A DNA stretch of 62,064 bases, the filler included, from Dimargaris cristalligena (Eukaryota), in the NCBI GenBank assembly GCA_003614675.1. It is 18 parts of 18 records of this genome, joined end to end, with 100 filler letters (N's around TTAATTAATTAA, not from the genome) between each part and the next. Parts side by side here need not be neighbours in the genome. Positions count along the whole stretch, not along the records: positions 20,834 to 24,196 come from ML003971.1; positions 24,297 to 27,655 come from ML003972.1; positions 27,756 to 31,112 come from ML003973.1; positions 31,213 to 34,566 come from ML003974.1; positions 34,667 to 38,018 come from ML003975.1; 13 more parts are not named here. The stretch is one strand, 5' to 3'. Shown in pieces: positions 23,678 to 35,890 of this stretch (its first letter is position 1; every line of letters begins with the position of its first letter). A program made the translations under genes and the position numbers. The notes beneath the pieces are model-generated. The model worked only from the letters and a program-made list of their open reading frames with translations. It ran no database searches and was not told the DNA's origin.

Positions 23678-25500
23678 CCAGGGCTATTCATTAATGAGCA
23701 TAGACCCCCTTCTACCCCTATCCTACACGAAATGGTGTAAATCTTTAATTTATCGAGATGTCTTTTGGCGCCACTTTAATCCACTCTCTGCTCATTCGAG
23801 GCCTGCGGTAATAAACCTTAAACGATTACATTCTAATACTGGCCAGTATGACAGCGAATCTTGGAACACAATGCCGTATTCCATAATAACACACGTTTAT
23901 TAATCAAAAGAAGAATATGACAATAAGGGTACCCCCCCTAATAATGTTTTTACCAAAGTGGTGGTACTATATTAAGAGTTAAATACTGATATCATTTCCA
24001 CTATCAGCTTGAACAGAACTGGGGTGGCTTCTGGACGAAGGAAGGTCCCATTCTACAAGTGCTGAGATCCCAGAAGCCCGACTTTCGGTTAAGAAGTCCC
24101 ACAGCCTCAACCCCACTCTCCACCGCCATTCTCATTCTGCTCTACGAGCTTCTTGATTCCCTTGGACAGGCCGACCTGCTTCATCACAATCAAATANNNN
24201 NNNNNNNNNNNNNNNNNNNNNNNNNNNNNNNNNNNNNNNNTTAATTAATTAANNNNNNNNNNNNNNNNNNNNNNNNNNNNNNNNNNNNNNNNNNNNTGCC
24301 AAGGTAAAGATTTCAATAGGGTACCGGCTGGTCAATATCATTGGCTATTAACCATGAATTCGCAGTACCACATAGCTTCGTACACCCCGTTTATTATCCA
24401 GGGGGGGATGGCTGGGTAAAAGAGCGCGAGAACGGAGGGTGGGACGGGTGCCGCCCCTACTCTTCCTTTCCCTATCTCCATGGAACGAGATGGATAGATA
24501 ACTACATTTCTATGTTTTGGCTAATATTCACCAGGAATACCATTTATTGATGAAAACTCACATCGAAGTATATAAAAAATGAAAAACAATAGGGAAAAAA
24601 GTGGATTTAGAATCTCCCATATTTCTATATAGGAATCGTCGGAGTTAATATGTGCTTTATATCTTATCCGTTATTAAGTCCACCCCTCCAATCAGCCAAG
24701 TGTTGGGAGCAGTCTGCCCCCGAATACCCCTATCCAAAACGAAACTAACTAGATTACCCATTCTCCCTATCCTTCAGTAATTTAACCAGCTGGCCAGCTA
24801 GAGATTCATTTTGCATTCATCTATCGAGAGACCACACCCCTTTTTATTTTTCTAAATCCCCGTTGTGAGGGGGCGATAATATAGATAAAACCACCGACAT
24901 GATTTTTTTTAACCTGCACAATAGTTAATTGGGCCGGGTAGTGTAAGCTAAACGGCAAAGGACGACTTTTATCCGATGCGATAGTATTCCCTTTGTGTAC
25001 CTAATGTTAATGCCGTCGTGGCTACAGTGCACGGATCATCCGCCCATGAGATGAAACTTTTTTAAAAGGTGTTGAACAGGCTGGATTGGGAAGCACCAAT
25101 CATCCTCAGTGTAACCTTACAAGGGTTCATCGATCCGCCGGCTATTACTATTCCCGTGGCTTCTACCGTCCCCTTGTACATTTTTACCGAGACTATTCAC
25201 CAATGTAGATAGTTCGCAGGACCATTGCATACGGTATACCCTCCTCCCTGGTATCCTCCAGCAATTGGACTGGAAAATTTTTAGTAGAAAAATCAACAGA
25301 GCAGCAGCTGTATCAGCCCGGCCATGAATCACCGTATTTTATATAAGAAGCAACCCGGCCGACCTATTTTTACTGATAATTGCACGGCAATCGGAACTTC
25401 AACTATATCTACAGCTTGATAAATATACACCCCTCCTATGCCGAACTAGCCCATTCTAGCCATTCTTCCACTCCCCGAATCAGTCGTCATCACCACCACC

Positions 25501-26403
25501 ATGCGAGCCACACCGTGGTGTGCTCTACTCGTGGCCCTTATCGGGTCCCTCACGGGGATCCAGTCCCGCACCACTACTACAGATGGCGGCCAAACTACTA
25601 AAAAATATTCCTACATCAAAAAATACTCGAAAAGTGAAATTACAATGCCCAGCACACCCGACGCCCATCGTCACCTCAATTCGCTCCACCGGGTCCAGCG
25701 GGGCCGCAATTTAGACGGAGTGGCCGAGAGCGACCCAAACTTTTTCACGACCAAACTACTGGCCGATTTCGAAAAGACCACTGACCCCAATGACTCCCGA
25801 TCGGTCATTCAGACATCAGTGGCCAAAAGCCCAATGGAGAAATTGAAGCAGAACACGCTAGGCCAGTCCGCTCGTGTAGCCGATTCGTTCGCCCGTCGAT
25901 TCAGGTCTTATGTAGCCCCGTCCGCGACCCTGAGTACCGCCACTACGTCTACCACTACTACTACTACTCCTCCTGGAAGTCATGGAGGTATTTCAACGGA
26001 GGAGAAGAAGGCCAGCCGGCCTTCCTTGGTCCAACATGTTAAGCAACAAACAGTTGGACGAGCAGCCGCTTGGGCAGGAAATTGGTCAGACCGGTACGCG
26101 GGCTACAACAAGCGCTGGAACCCAAGTAAGTCGAAGCTCTATCGTGGAAGTAGCAGTAGCAGTGTCATTTCTAGTGACAGTGATAGTGATAGCGACAGCG
26201 ACAGTGATAGTGACATTGATATCGGCAATAGTGTTTTCGGTAATTTCGAAGGCAGTGGCATAGGCGGTTATGACAAGGTATGGAATTCCCATGTAGGTAC
26301 ACCCTCCCTAGGACCTGTCTACTCCGAGAATTTTTCTAAACGAAGATATGCCAAGAGAACTAGGCAACTGTTCTGGAAAAAAAGTACTTCACCACCCGCC
26401 TAG
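25501..26403 (+). CDS. Secreted orphan protein, 300 aa, with an internal repeat and Ser-Asp tract
   Basis: Signal-like MRATPWCALLVALIGSLTG, poly-Thr, (SD)n. TATATAA ~160 bp upstream. Confidence 0.7.
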   Translation: MRATPWCALLVALIGSLTGIQSRTTTTDGGQTTKKYSYIKKYSKSEITMPSTPDAHRHLNSLHRVQRGRNLDGVAESDPNFFTTKLLADFEKTTDPNDSRSVIQTSVAKSPMEKLKQNTLGQSARVADSFARRFRSYVAPSATLSTATTSTTTTTTPPGSHGGISTEEKKASRPSLVQHVKQQTVGRAAAWAGNWSDRYAGYNKRWNPSKSKLYRGSSSSSVISSDSDSDSDSDSDSDIDIGNSVFGNFEGSGIGGYDKVWNSHVGTPSLGPVYSENFSKRRYAKRTRQLFWKKSTSPPA

Positions 26404-27454
26404 CCGACGGGCAGTATGACGATATCGACGAGTACCGGATATTAGGAATGAGTAATGAACATATAAAAATGAATCAGTGTATTTATAACCACTTTCCAGG
26501 GAGTCCATTTCCTAACATCTCGCTGTATTATGTTAATAATTTTACTATTTTTTTTTACAAATTCATAATTACTACCTAAATATATCATTTTAAATAAAAT
26601 ATACTCGTAAAAACCATAATGTATTTTAACTGTAGATGAATAACTTCAGTCATTTATAATGCAATTATGTCACCAACTCTATTTTCCTTGTCTTTATATT
26701 TTTTTCAAAAATTGAAAGCAGCCCTCGTATATCTGGCAATAGGAATCCATTCCCATCGAGTATTGGCTATTTGATCTCCACTGCTAACCTCGGAGGAGAT
26801 GGTGACAATAGCCATAGTACTGATGGGTTAATAGGTGGACCCCCCAACTCCCCCGCCACGCCGGAGTCTAATGTGTATGACCTTTTCAGGATATCATCTG
26901 GCTACACCTGTTGCTGCAATACCAATCGTTTCACCGTCTTCAAATTCTCCCTTTCTTTCTATTAAGATCTCAACAAGACACAGGCCCGGAGGTTTGTCCG
27001 CCCCTGAACTCCCAAACTTCTGCTTTCTCTTCGTTCCAACACCTTTCTAGGCTTATAACATCTAGGAGGGGGGAGGGGTAAAGTTAGAAAAAGAGGCCGA
27101 ATAGCAAGCCGAATCGGGCCGCAAACTGTTTAAACACTTAATTCTAAAATAGTTTCCTGAAACCTCCCCTCACCATCCCTCGGTGGTATACCAGTCCCAA
27201 TTCGGGGCACTTTCCGTATCACCCTTGGGCTTAGCATTAGCAGATTCGGCTTCCCCATTCTTGCGGCCCCCTTTTCCATAAAAACTACACTTTCTGGTAG
27301 GGAGGTTTTGCAAATTTTCTTAATGTACTCTTCTACCAATTTTATAATTTTAAATGGTAGCCCATCTGTTCGATATTAATAACAATATATATCTATAGGA
27401 AAGAAAAGCTGGATATTCCTATTTGGCAAGTAACTCCTGTCTGATCAAAGGGAT

Positions 27455-27655
27455 TGTCGCCCGAGTTAACCACTCTTAGTCCGTCAAGAGTCTCGGGGGT
27501 AGGCTTCTAACAGTAGGCGGGGCGTTGGACACGGCCAAGCGGGCTACTAGTGTTAGGGGGGGATGACAAGACTAACCGAATAAAGCAAGCGTAGGACGTA
27601 GGCGAGGTCCGTGCACTAGATGCACACTTACTGGTCAGTACTAGGGGGTGAGCGT
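27455..27655 (-). repeat. LTR family D 3' part, young CpG-rich copy, cut by the contig end
   Basis: Nearly identical to 58438-58637 and homologous to 35891, 36639 and the reverse complement of 61060-61259. Confidence 0.85.
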
Positions 27656-27755
27656 NNNNNNNNNNNNNNNNNNNNNNNNNNNNNNNNNNNNNNNNNNNNT
27701 TAATTAATTAANNNNNNNNNNNNNNNNNNNNNNNNNNNNNNNNNNNNNNNNNNNN

Positions 27756-30700
27756 CCACCTATGCCTCCGAGTTCCGCCAGCTCGCCTGCGATGTTCCCT
27801 GGGGAGATGCTGCCCTCAACGACCAGTTTCGCTTTGGCCTACGAGGTGATGTCAAGGATCTGCTGCTAACGATGTCAGATCCTGCCACCCTCCCGGAAGC
27901 CATCACGCAAGCTGTTCGCTGTGACAACCGCCTCTACGAGCAACGCCAAGAGAAACGTCTCCAACCCATCCACGGTCAACACCCATAGCCAACTTGGAGC
28001 TACCACCCAGCGGCTTTCAAAGACGATCCAATGCAAGACGACATCATGAACTTCAAGAGACTCACAGAAGAAGAGAAGCAACGCCGTCCCTGAGAAAACC
28101 TCTGTCACTACAGCGGCAGCCCAGGCCACCTCTCCTGTAACTGCCCCATCAAAGCGCGCCACCATGCCCATCAAGTCACTACCTCAAGCTCCGCGAGCCC
28201 CCAGACAACGAAGCCGGGAAACGACCACGTCCAGCCACAGTAGGGGCCCTGTGCCTGGACGACGACATCCACCCCACCGATCATGACACCCTCCTTGGCC
28301 CTGACCCATGCCCTGCCTTCCAACTACCTGTGCTCCTCCACCATTCCGACTTCGACAAGACGGCCACAACAGCCCTTCTCCAGTCAGGTGCCTCAGCCTG
28401 CAGCATGGATAGAGACTTTGCCACCGAAATCATCTGCAACTCATCAAAAAAATCCACCTTGTATTGGGTGAGGTCGTCAACGGCTGCGTCATTTCTCTGG
28501 AGTTGTCTCCCACAAAACAGTGCCTACCAGGGTCATTGTGGAAGGATACTCAGGCGATATGACATTCAACGTCATCTCCTGTACCAGCGATCCAGTCATT
28601 CTGGGCCTCTCCTGGTTGCAGCTCGACAATCCACATACCGATCGGCAAGCTCGGACCCTTCGGTTTCCGGCGCCTGTTAAGTCACTCCAGAAGTCATCAA
28701 GTCATGTCACCCAGATCCGTCCCGCGACGCTCTTCAAGAAACCTCCTATACTCAAAATCAAGCCCTCCGACATCAAGCTACCGTCAAGCCCATCATTGGT
28801 AAAGAACCACCTAATCTGTCAAGTCTCTGCTACCAAGTTGGCTGCCCTCTGTGACAAGAAGGAAGTCATGGCTATTTATGCTGTCCCTGACACCAGTCGC
28901 AGAAACTGCCATTGACATGCGGCCCCCACCCAAGTACCAAGACTTTTCAGACGTGTTCTAACCCAACAAAGTGCGAACACTACCAGAACATCGCTCCTAC
29001 GACTCCGCTATCAACCTGGAAACAAACTCCCAACCGCCCTTTGGTCCCCTCTATGGCCTCTCAGCCACTGAGCAAGATGCACTTCAAGCCTACATTAAAG
29101 AAAACCTAGCAACTGACTTCATTCGAGATTCCAACTCTCAGGCGGGCACACCAATACTCTCCGTCAAGAAGAAAGATGGCTCCCTGCGCATGTGCGTTGA
29201 CTACTGCGAGCTCAACAAGATCATGACCAAGAACCGCTACCCTCTATTGATCTCTGAACTCCTCGAACAACTTGGCTCTGCTACCATCCACACAAAAATA
29301 GACCTCCGTGGGGCCTGCAACCTCGTGCGCATCAAGCCGGGCGACGAATGGAAAACTGCCTTCCAGACCAGTCTTTGGTGAGTACCTGGAAGACTCTGTG
29401 GTGGTCTACATTGATGACATCCTTGTCTTCCCCAAGACGAAGTCTGAGCACGACCGCCACGTACGCCTTGTCCTCCACAGGCTTCGCGATGCAGGCCTCT
29501 ATGCCAAGCTTGAGAAGTGCGACTGTGACAAGACCAAGGTCAAGTTCCTGGGCTACACTGTCACAACCAAAGGCATCTCTATGGACTCAAACAAGATCGA
29601 GACGATCCTCAACTGGGCAACTCTAACCTCAATTTGCGACATCCAATGCTTCCTCGGCTTCACAAACTTCTACCGACAGTTCATCAAAGACTACTCTTCC
29701 ATCGCTGCACCTCTGACCAGACTCACAAGCAAAGACAATCCCTTCCATTGGTCCTCTGCTGCCTCCGCAGCCCTCGAGAAACTCAAGGCCACCTTCACAT
29801 CCACCCCTGTCCTCCTACATGTGGACCCCACACTTTCCTTTGTCATGGAGACGGATGCTTCATATTTCGCGATCGGCGCCCTTCTTTCTCAACACCAACC
29901 CTGATGGCCGCCTGCACCCTGTTGATTTCCAATCGCACAAGTTCACGGTCGCCAAAATCAACTACAAAATCTACAAGAAGGAAGTACTCGCCATTGGAGG
30001 CTCCTTCGAGGGGTGCCGACGCTTCCTCAAAGGATGCCCCCATCAAGTCATTTTCTACTCAGATCACAAGAATCTTGCCTACTTCATGTCTTCTCATGTG
30101 CTGAATCGATGTCATGCACGATGGGCAATGTTGTTGTCCCGCTTCAATTTCGTCATCACCTACTGTGAAGGCCGTCTTCATGGGTAGCCAAATGCCCTGT
30201 CTCGCCACTCTTTCCTGTCACCTAAAGAGGGGGATGAGGCAACAACACAACAAGAGCAAGTGATCTTAGGTCCAAAGCTTCTCCAAGCCTTCACTCTGCC
30301 CCCTCTCGATGACTCCCTCATCAACCTAATATGCCAAGGTCCTCATAAAGACCCACTTGCCTCGGATGTCATCACACACCTTGCTACACACGAAACTCCC
30401 GGTATCTGCAACAACTACAACCACGTCGCTCTCGATAACAACCTCCTACACCAGAACGGTCCCCTGTATGTACCTAATGGGCCTGGGTGACTCCAACTAC
30501 TCCAAGCACGACACGACTCCCTGGCAGCTGGCCACTTTGGGATCCAGAAGACTCTGGAGTTCGTCTCCTGCAACTACTGGTGGCCTCAACTTGCAAATTC
30601 AGTGAAGGAGTTCATCCAGTTCTGCGACACATGCTCAGCAGGACCACTGGACGGACCTTTTACCGAATGACGAATTCGCCTTCAACAATGCCTGGCATGC

Positions 30701-31112
30701 ATCCACAGGTCAAACCCCCTTCTGGCCCAACAAAGGCTTCCACCTGCGCCTTGACATCTCCCTACCGACTACCACAAAGAATCCTGCTGCAGAAGAACGC
30801 CTCTAGAATCTTGCCACCATACGTAAAGAACTGGCCACACATCTCAAGACAGTGCAAGAAAGCTCTGACTCGCATCGCGAGGAAGCCCCAGACTTCAAGG
30901 TTGGCAACAAAGTATGGCTGCTACGCCGTAATGTGTGAACCTTAAGACGCTCGGACAAGGTAGACTTAAAGCGACTCGGTCCGTTCCGCATAGCACCCTG
31001 CATCAATCCTGTCACGTTCCGCATCACACTACAGGAAAGTATGCACATTCACCTGGTGTTTCTCCTCACCCTCCTTGAACCATATCACACTCCAACCATC
31101 CCAGGTCATACT
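27756..31112 (+). mobile_element. Degenerate chromovirus internal region gag-PR-RT-RNaseH-IN (same family as 2005-3381)
   Basis: The gag matches 2790-3380. [44 protein letters not shown]. Many stops and deletions. Confidence 0.93.
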
Positions 31113-31212
31113 NNNNNNNNNNNNNNNNNNNNNNNNNNNNNNNNNNNNNNNNNNNNTTAATTAATTAANNNNNNNNNNNNNNNNNNNNNNNNNNNNNNNN
31201 NNNNNNNNNNNN

Positions 31213-31319
31213 ACTCATCAGGGGCAGGGGCTCATTCACTTGTCAGGGGCATACTTCCGATAAGTGCAAAAAATGGATTAAAAATAAAAGTAGGTAAAAA
31301 ATGTGGTAAGTTCACCACA
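31213..31319 (-). repeat. LTR family C 5' end
   Basis: Reverse complement of 61675-61787. Confidence 0.8.
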
Positions 31320-31973
31320 GTAGCTAACCCCTCTAATCTCTATGTGGCAACTCCAAATAGATATAGGACTACCAGGAATGTGGTATCCAGTAAGGTACTA
31401 CAATGAGATGTAGAGTACAGGGTGTGGTAATAAAGTGAAAACATTCTATTTTTCTGTTAAAAATTGAGCCTTATTTTATAACTATATGGAAGACACTTAA
31501 AAAATCACAGCACTTCCTACAGAGAGCACACCTGTACCATAAGTTGAAATGAAGGATCAGAGGGGAGTGTACTCCCTGGATCTGTTGCTTGTATAATAGA
31601 ATTGTGCAAGATAATATATACTGCTACTAACAGGTCTTAGCTCTAGTCGAATCCTGCTAAAGGCCTTATTATGATCCCTTGCATTTCCCATAGACATACT
31701 TAGTACTGTGATGATTTAATTCTTAACCTGGCTAAGGCATATAAAGTACCACCACTACTCTTCACAGTTCATCTGAAGACTCTCATAGACCCCAATAAAG
31801 ACCTTACAGTGCTACTGTTACTATATATATATTCAATCCTCCAGAATTGTTGCTGTGTATACATACCCACCCAAACTACACTCTGTTCATTCCTTAGCTG
31901 ACATATCTAGCCTATCCTAATAAACTCCTATATGCCCACCCCTGGTTAGCACTTGTACTCTAGGGATCTACTA

Positions 31974-32397
31974 ATGGGTTAAATTCGACCCGGCTATATA
32001 ATACTGTAAATGCTGTGCATGAGAAAGTGGGCGGAATATTCATTTTTTACCAGCAATATTTGCCTCATTCGAAGGATTTTTCATTATGCAGCTTAGTAAA
32101 GCCTCTCCCATATTGATATTCCACCCTTTGCTATCCTGTAGCTATAAGTACTGGTTAAAATTACTCATGGTGCCGTGCCCTTGGGAAACCTACCACCACT
32201 GTGGGCACTGATTCAATGTTGAAATGTTAAATCACCAGGACTCATGCTATTAGTATATGGGAGTAGTTCAACAAGGCTGGATAACGAAAAATCCATTTGA
32301 TGAGGCAAATACTACTGGTTGAAAATAAACATCCCACTGATTTTCCCATACACATATCGGTTAAAACCTTATACAGCCGAGCTGAATTTCACCCATA
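31974..32397. mobile_element. Two MITE family M copies (31974-32112 reverse; 32256-32397 forward)
   Basis: ATGGG...CCCATA ends and the shared internal GAAAAATCC...GAGGC..AT..TACTGG core. Confidence 0.8.
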
Positions 32398-32761
32398 TTG
32401 AGCCTATCTAACAATCTGCCAATGTTAATGGTTGTTATACAACACTGATTCAGTGAATATTTATCTAGCAAAATGCAAATACAATTGTAATAATAGTAGA
32501 TATATATAACACCATAATACGGAGGTATTTAATTGGATTTTCTCGGTCCTTAATACTAAAATAAGCTCACCAAATAAACTTGATAAGGAATGATACAAGG
32601 AAATGGGTCAATAGTAGATATCGCCAAGAAACGCGTATTTTGCCCAAGAAACTAGCCGAAAGGAATTCTCTAGAACTGATCCTGTCCAATTGAGAATGGG
32701 TGGGAGGATCCATTGGTGGATATATATATATATATGTATAAACGGACACTATGATCGTCAT

Positions 32762-34381
32762 TTAATCTCGAGCCGCCACGTCGATGTTTTTGAGTTTAAG
32801 AAATACGTCACAGCCGTAACCCTCAAGGGACACAAGATCGAGGGACCCACCAAAATAGCGGGCGTAGATGCGAGCCATGGGTAAACCGTAACCGAGACCC
32901 GCTTCAAAAAAACGTAAAAGACAATAGATGCATAGTGGAGGTAATGAGAAAACTGTACTATATGGGAGTAGTTCAACCAGACTGTATAGCGAAAAATCCA
33001 TTAGATGGGGCCAACCTTACTGGTTAAAATGGTTACTCCTACATACTCCCCCATACACAAATCGTGTAAAACTTTATACAGCTGGCTTGAATTTCATCCA
33101 TATTGTGGTTGAATTAGCGATAATGACCTATCATGATTGATTGGTTGACCTTTGCATATGCGGTTACCTATCCACTCTTCCCATCAACCTACTCCATCAA
33201 TACATACGAATGATCAAGCTTATTAACTTACCCATAGGGCCCCCGGCGCCCGCTTGCATACTCAATTTGGTCGTATAATCTAGCCCGATATCCGCCCCAC
33301 TATCCTCAAGGTCAGACGGCACCGTCGTATACGAGTATTCAAAAACGTGGGGCAAATCTTTCGTGGCGACGCCTCCCCCCTGATCCCGGAATCGCAGGCA
33401 AATATCGCGTTTACCCCGGGTGACGGTGATTTCGATGGGCTGGAGTCGGCCGGCATTGTGTTTGAGGCCAAACTCGGCGGTCGCGCGGAAGGCGTTTTTT
33501 AGTAGCTCGCAGGCGATGTACTCCAAGTGGACGGGAACATATTGCACGACAGTGTTGGTGTCCCCATTGATGACGAACTCGGGGGCGGCGTTGTAGTTAA
33601 TTTCACACAGGTTTTGGACGTAGCTGGCATTGTGGTGGATCAACTGGGCGGGACTGAGCCGGGTATGGATGATGCCAATGTAGTCGGCGCTGGTCTCGTG
33701 GAGAGCTACGTGCTGTTCACCGATGAGACGGAGGCTGATGCGCGACCGGATAAGATCATTGAGGAAGTTACGGGTGTGGTCGATGGGAATGTATTTCTTA
33801 CATTCCAGAAACCCTGGAGGGCGGTTGGTGTGGGGGATGGATAGCATTCCGGTACAATAATCGATTAAGGAGCGGTTAGATTCTCAACACATTGTCAGAT
33901 TTCACCGCCTCGACAGACGGACTGCAATTATTCAATAACAGCCTCCCAATACCATATAACCAGTCGAGAGCAATCACGGTAGTGCAGATGGATCCAAATG
34001 GGCTTATATAGCATTGAATTTAACAACATTAACTATGAAACACTCACCCTGGGCCATTTTGGGAACAACGTGGGTGAGGTTCTCGATTTGTTTCTTTAAC
34101 ACTTTCGAGAACTGCTCCTCCTGGGTACTATTCTCAATGAGTGGAAAGGACCGGAGAGCTTCAAAAGCGTCAAAATATAGGCGGTACACTGCGTGGATAT
34201 GAGGGTTCAGCCCCACAATAAACGGCAGTTTCTGGAAGGCCTGGATCCGTCGAGCCAGGCGAATTGGGAGCTCATGTTGCGTGAACTGAGCGGATTTGAT
34301 GAGAGCTGCTTCGCTCAAGGGGGGCTGCCCGAATTTTATGAGTTCGCCGATGGAAAGATGTTCAATACGTTGTTCGGCATA
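32762..34381 (-). CDS. Mitochondrial alpha-ketoacid dehydrogenase kinase (PDK/BCKDK family), 5'-truncated; exons 34381-34048, 33813-33232, 32901-32762
   Basis: [61 protein letters not shown] sites in phase. Confidence 0.93.
32961..33102 (+). mobile_element. MITE family M inside the last kinase intron
   Basis: TATGGGAGTAGTTCAACCAGACTGTATA...TTATACAGCTGGCTTGAATTTCATCCATA. Confidence 0.85.
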
Positions 34382-34666
34382 CTGGTGTACATAAATCACG
34401 GGTAGAACAAGGGTGTAATACCGGAGTTAAAGGGGCTGAAGCACTAAGGCAGGGATCGTACTGGAAGAGGCGGCCAAGGGACCTTCGAAGGGGAAATAGG
34501 AACCCACCCAGTTGGTGTATAGGGGACCCAGACAGGGAACACCCCGGGGGGGGGGGGGGGGGGAGANNNNNNNNNNNNNNNNNNNNNNNNNNNNNNNNNN
34601 NNNNNNNNNNTTAATTAATTAANNNNNNNNNNNNNNNNNNNNNNNNNNNNNNNNNNNNNNNNNNNN

Positions 34667-34712
34667 GCGTGGCCAAGGCCAAAGTGACAAGAGAAATCCA
34701 GTTGGTAAGCAT
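34667..34712 (-). CDS. Possible 5' end of a secreted protein (MLTNWISLVTLALAT...), truncated
   Basis: ACCATG context, signal-peptide-like codons, pyrimidine-rich leader upstream. Confidence 0.35.
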
Positions 34713-35890
34713 GGTTGGTGGCGAAGGGGGGGGTTGAGAATTGGGTGAAGGGTAAAGGGACAGAGGAGAGAAGAACTAGGAGGAGGTAGATGGTGATGAT
34801 ATAAGTAGTATATGACCCGGTATTGCGAATAGACAAGTTGCTGATAATTTGATGAGTAGCTAAGGAGACAGCGGGGAAGTCCTTTTTATTCATTTTCGGG
34901 GAATAAGGCGGGCATCGACTAAATTGCGGGCTACATTGTCCGCCCTAAATCATATGGCGTTGCACAGTGAATCAAGCAGACTAGTACGGATTGGTACACA
35001 ATAGACCACTAAGTCAGGTGCGATAGCCTTATTGTCCTCTCGACCCAGTTTTGGAAAATCGCTTTACAGACCATCCTCATTCAGACACGCCCTTCCGAAC
35101 CATTCGCCCGCCTGGACAATGACCAATTCGATAGCGTAAGGCGATATTCCCCTGCTACTTGTAGTTCGTCGCAGTGCCACCACAGGAAGTCAGTCTGCCA
35201 CAATAGACTATCTCGCCCCAGGAAAGTAAGCCAGTCAAAGAAAAAAATGAGGGCGATATTGGAAGTCCTATTCGCAAGGGAAAACATAGCTCAGACAATA
35301 CCGCACGCTTGGTCTACTTGGATCAAACACTATCAGGCTGTAAAAGGAACCCCAGCTCACCACTGACAGGAAGAAAATGGGTTTCTCAATAATGGGTTGG
35401 CGATTGCCCAGATATGCCGTGGCCTAGAGTGTGCTTGTTGGAGAGATGTTCCAAATGGCATTCTCAATCAACTAAGCCCAAATAGGGCAATCCATCCCTA
35501 CTGACACTCTAAGCTATTGTTCCTGTATCCAAACTACGTCTTCCTCCTTTCCAAAAAAAACCCATTCATAACCGAGATATTAATTGAATGAGCTAATGGT
35601 AATTAAGTCCTGCTATTGTTTCTATTTGCAGAATGTCCACATTGCCAGGTATGACCCTTACCAATTTCTGCACTCAGCATGAAATATGCAGCTAGGTAGT
35701 CTGCCATTATACTTTACTAGGCTATAAGTGAGAGACTCCTCAGGTACTATGCCACCACCCATCAGGGGATACTATTACAGCCAACAGTATGTTTTATTTT
35801 TTATTTTTATGGGCAGGCTTGGAACAGTGACTTCTATTCCTTTTGCCCTTAGTATCTGGGATAGGCCCACTACTAGCTGACTTTTCCATC

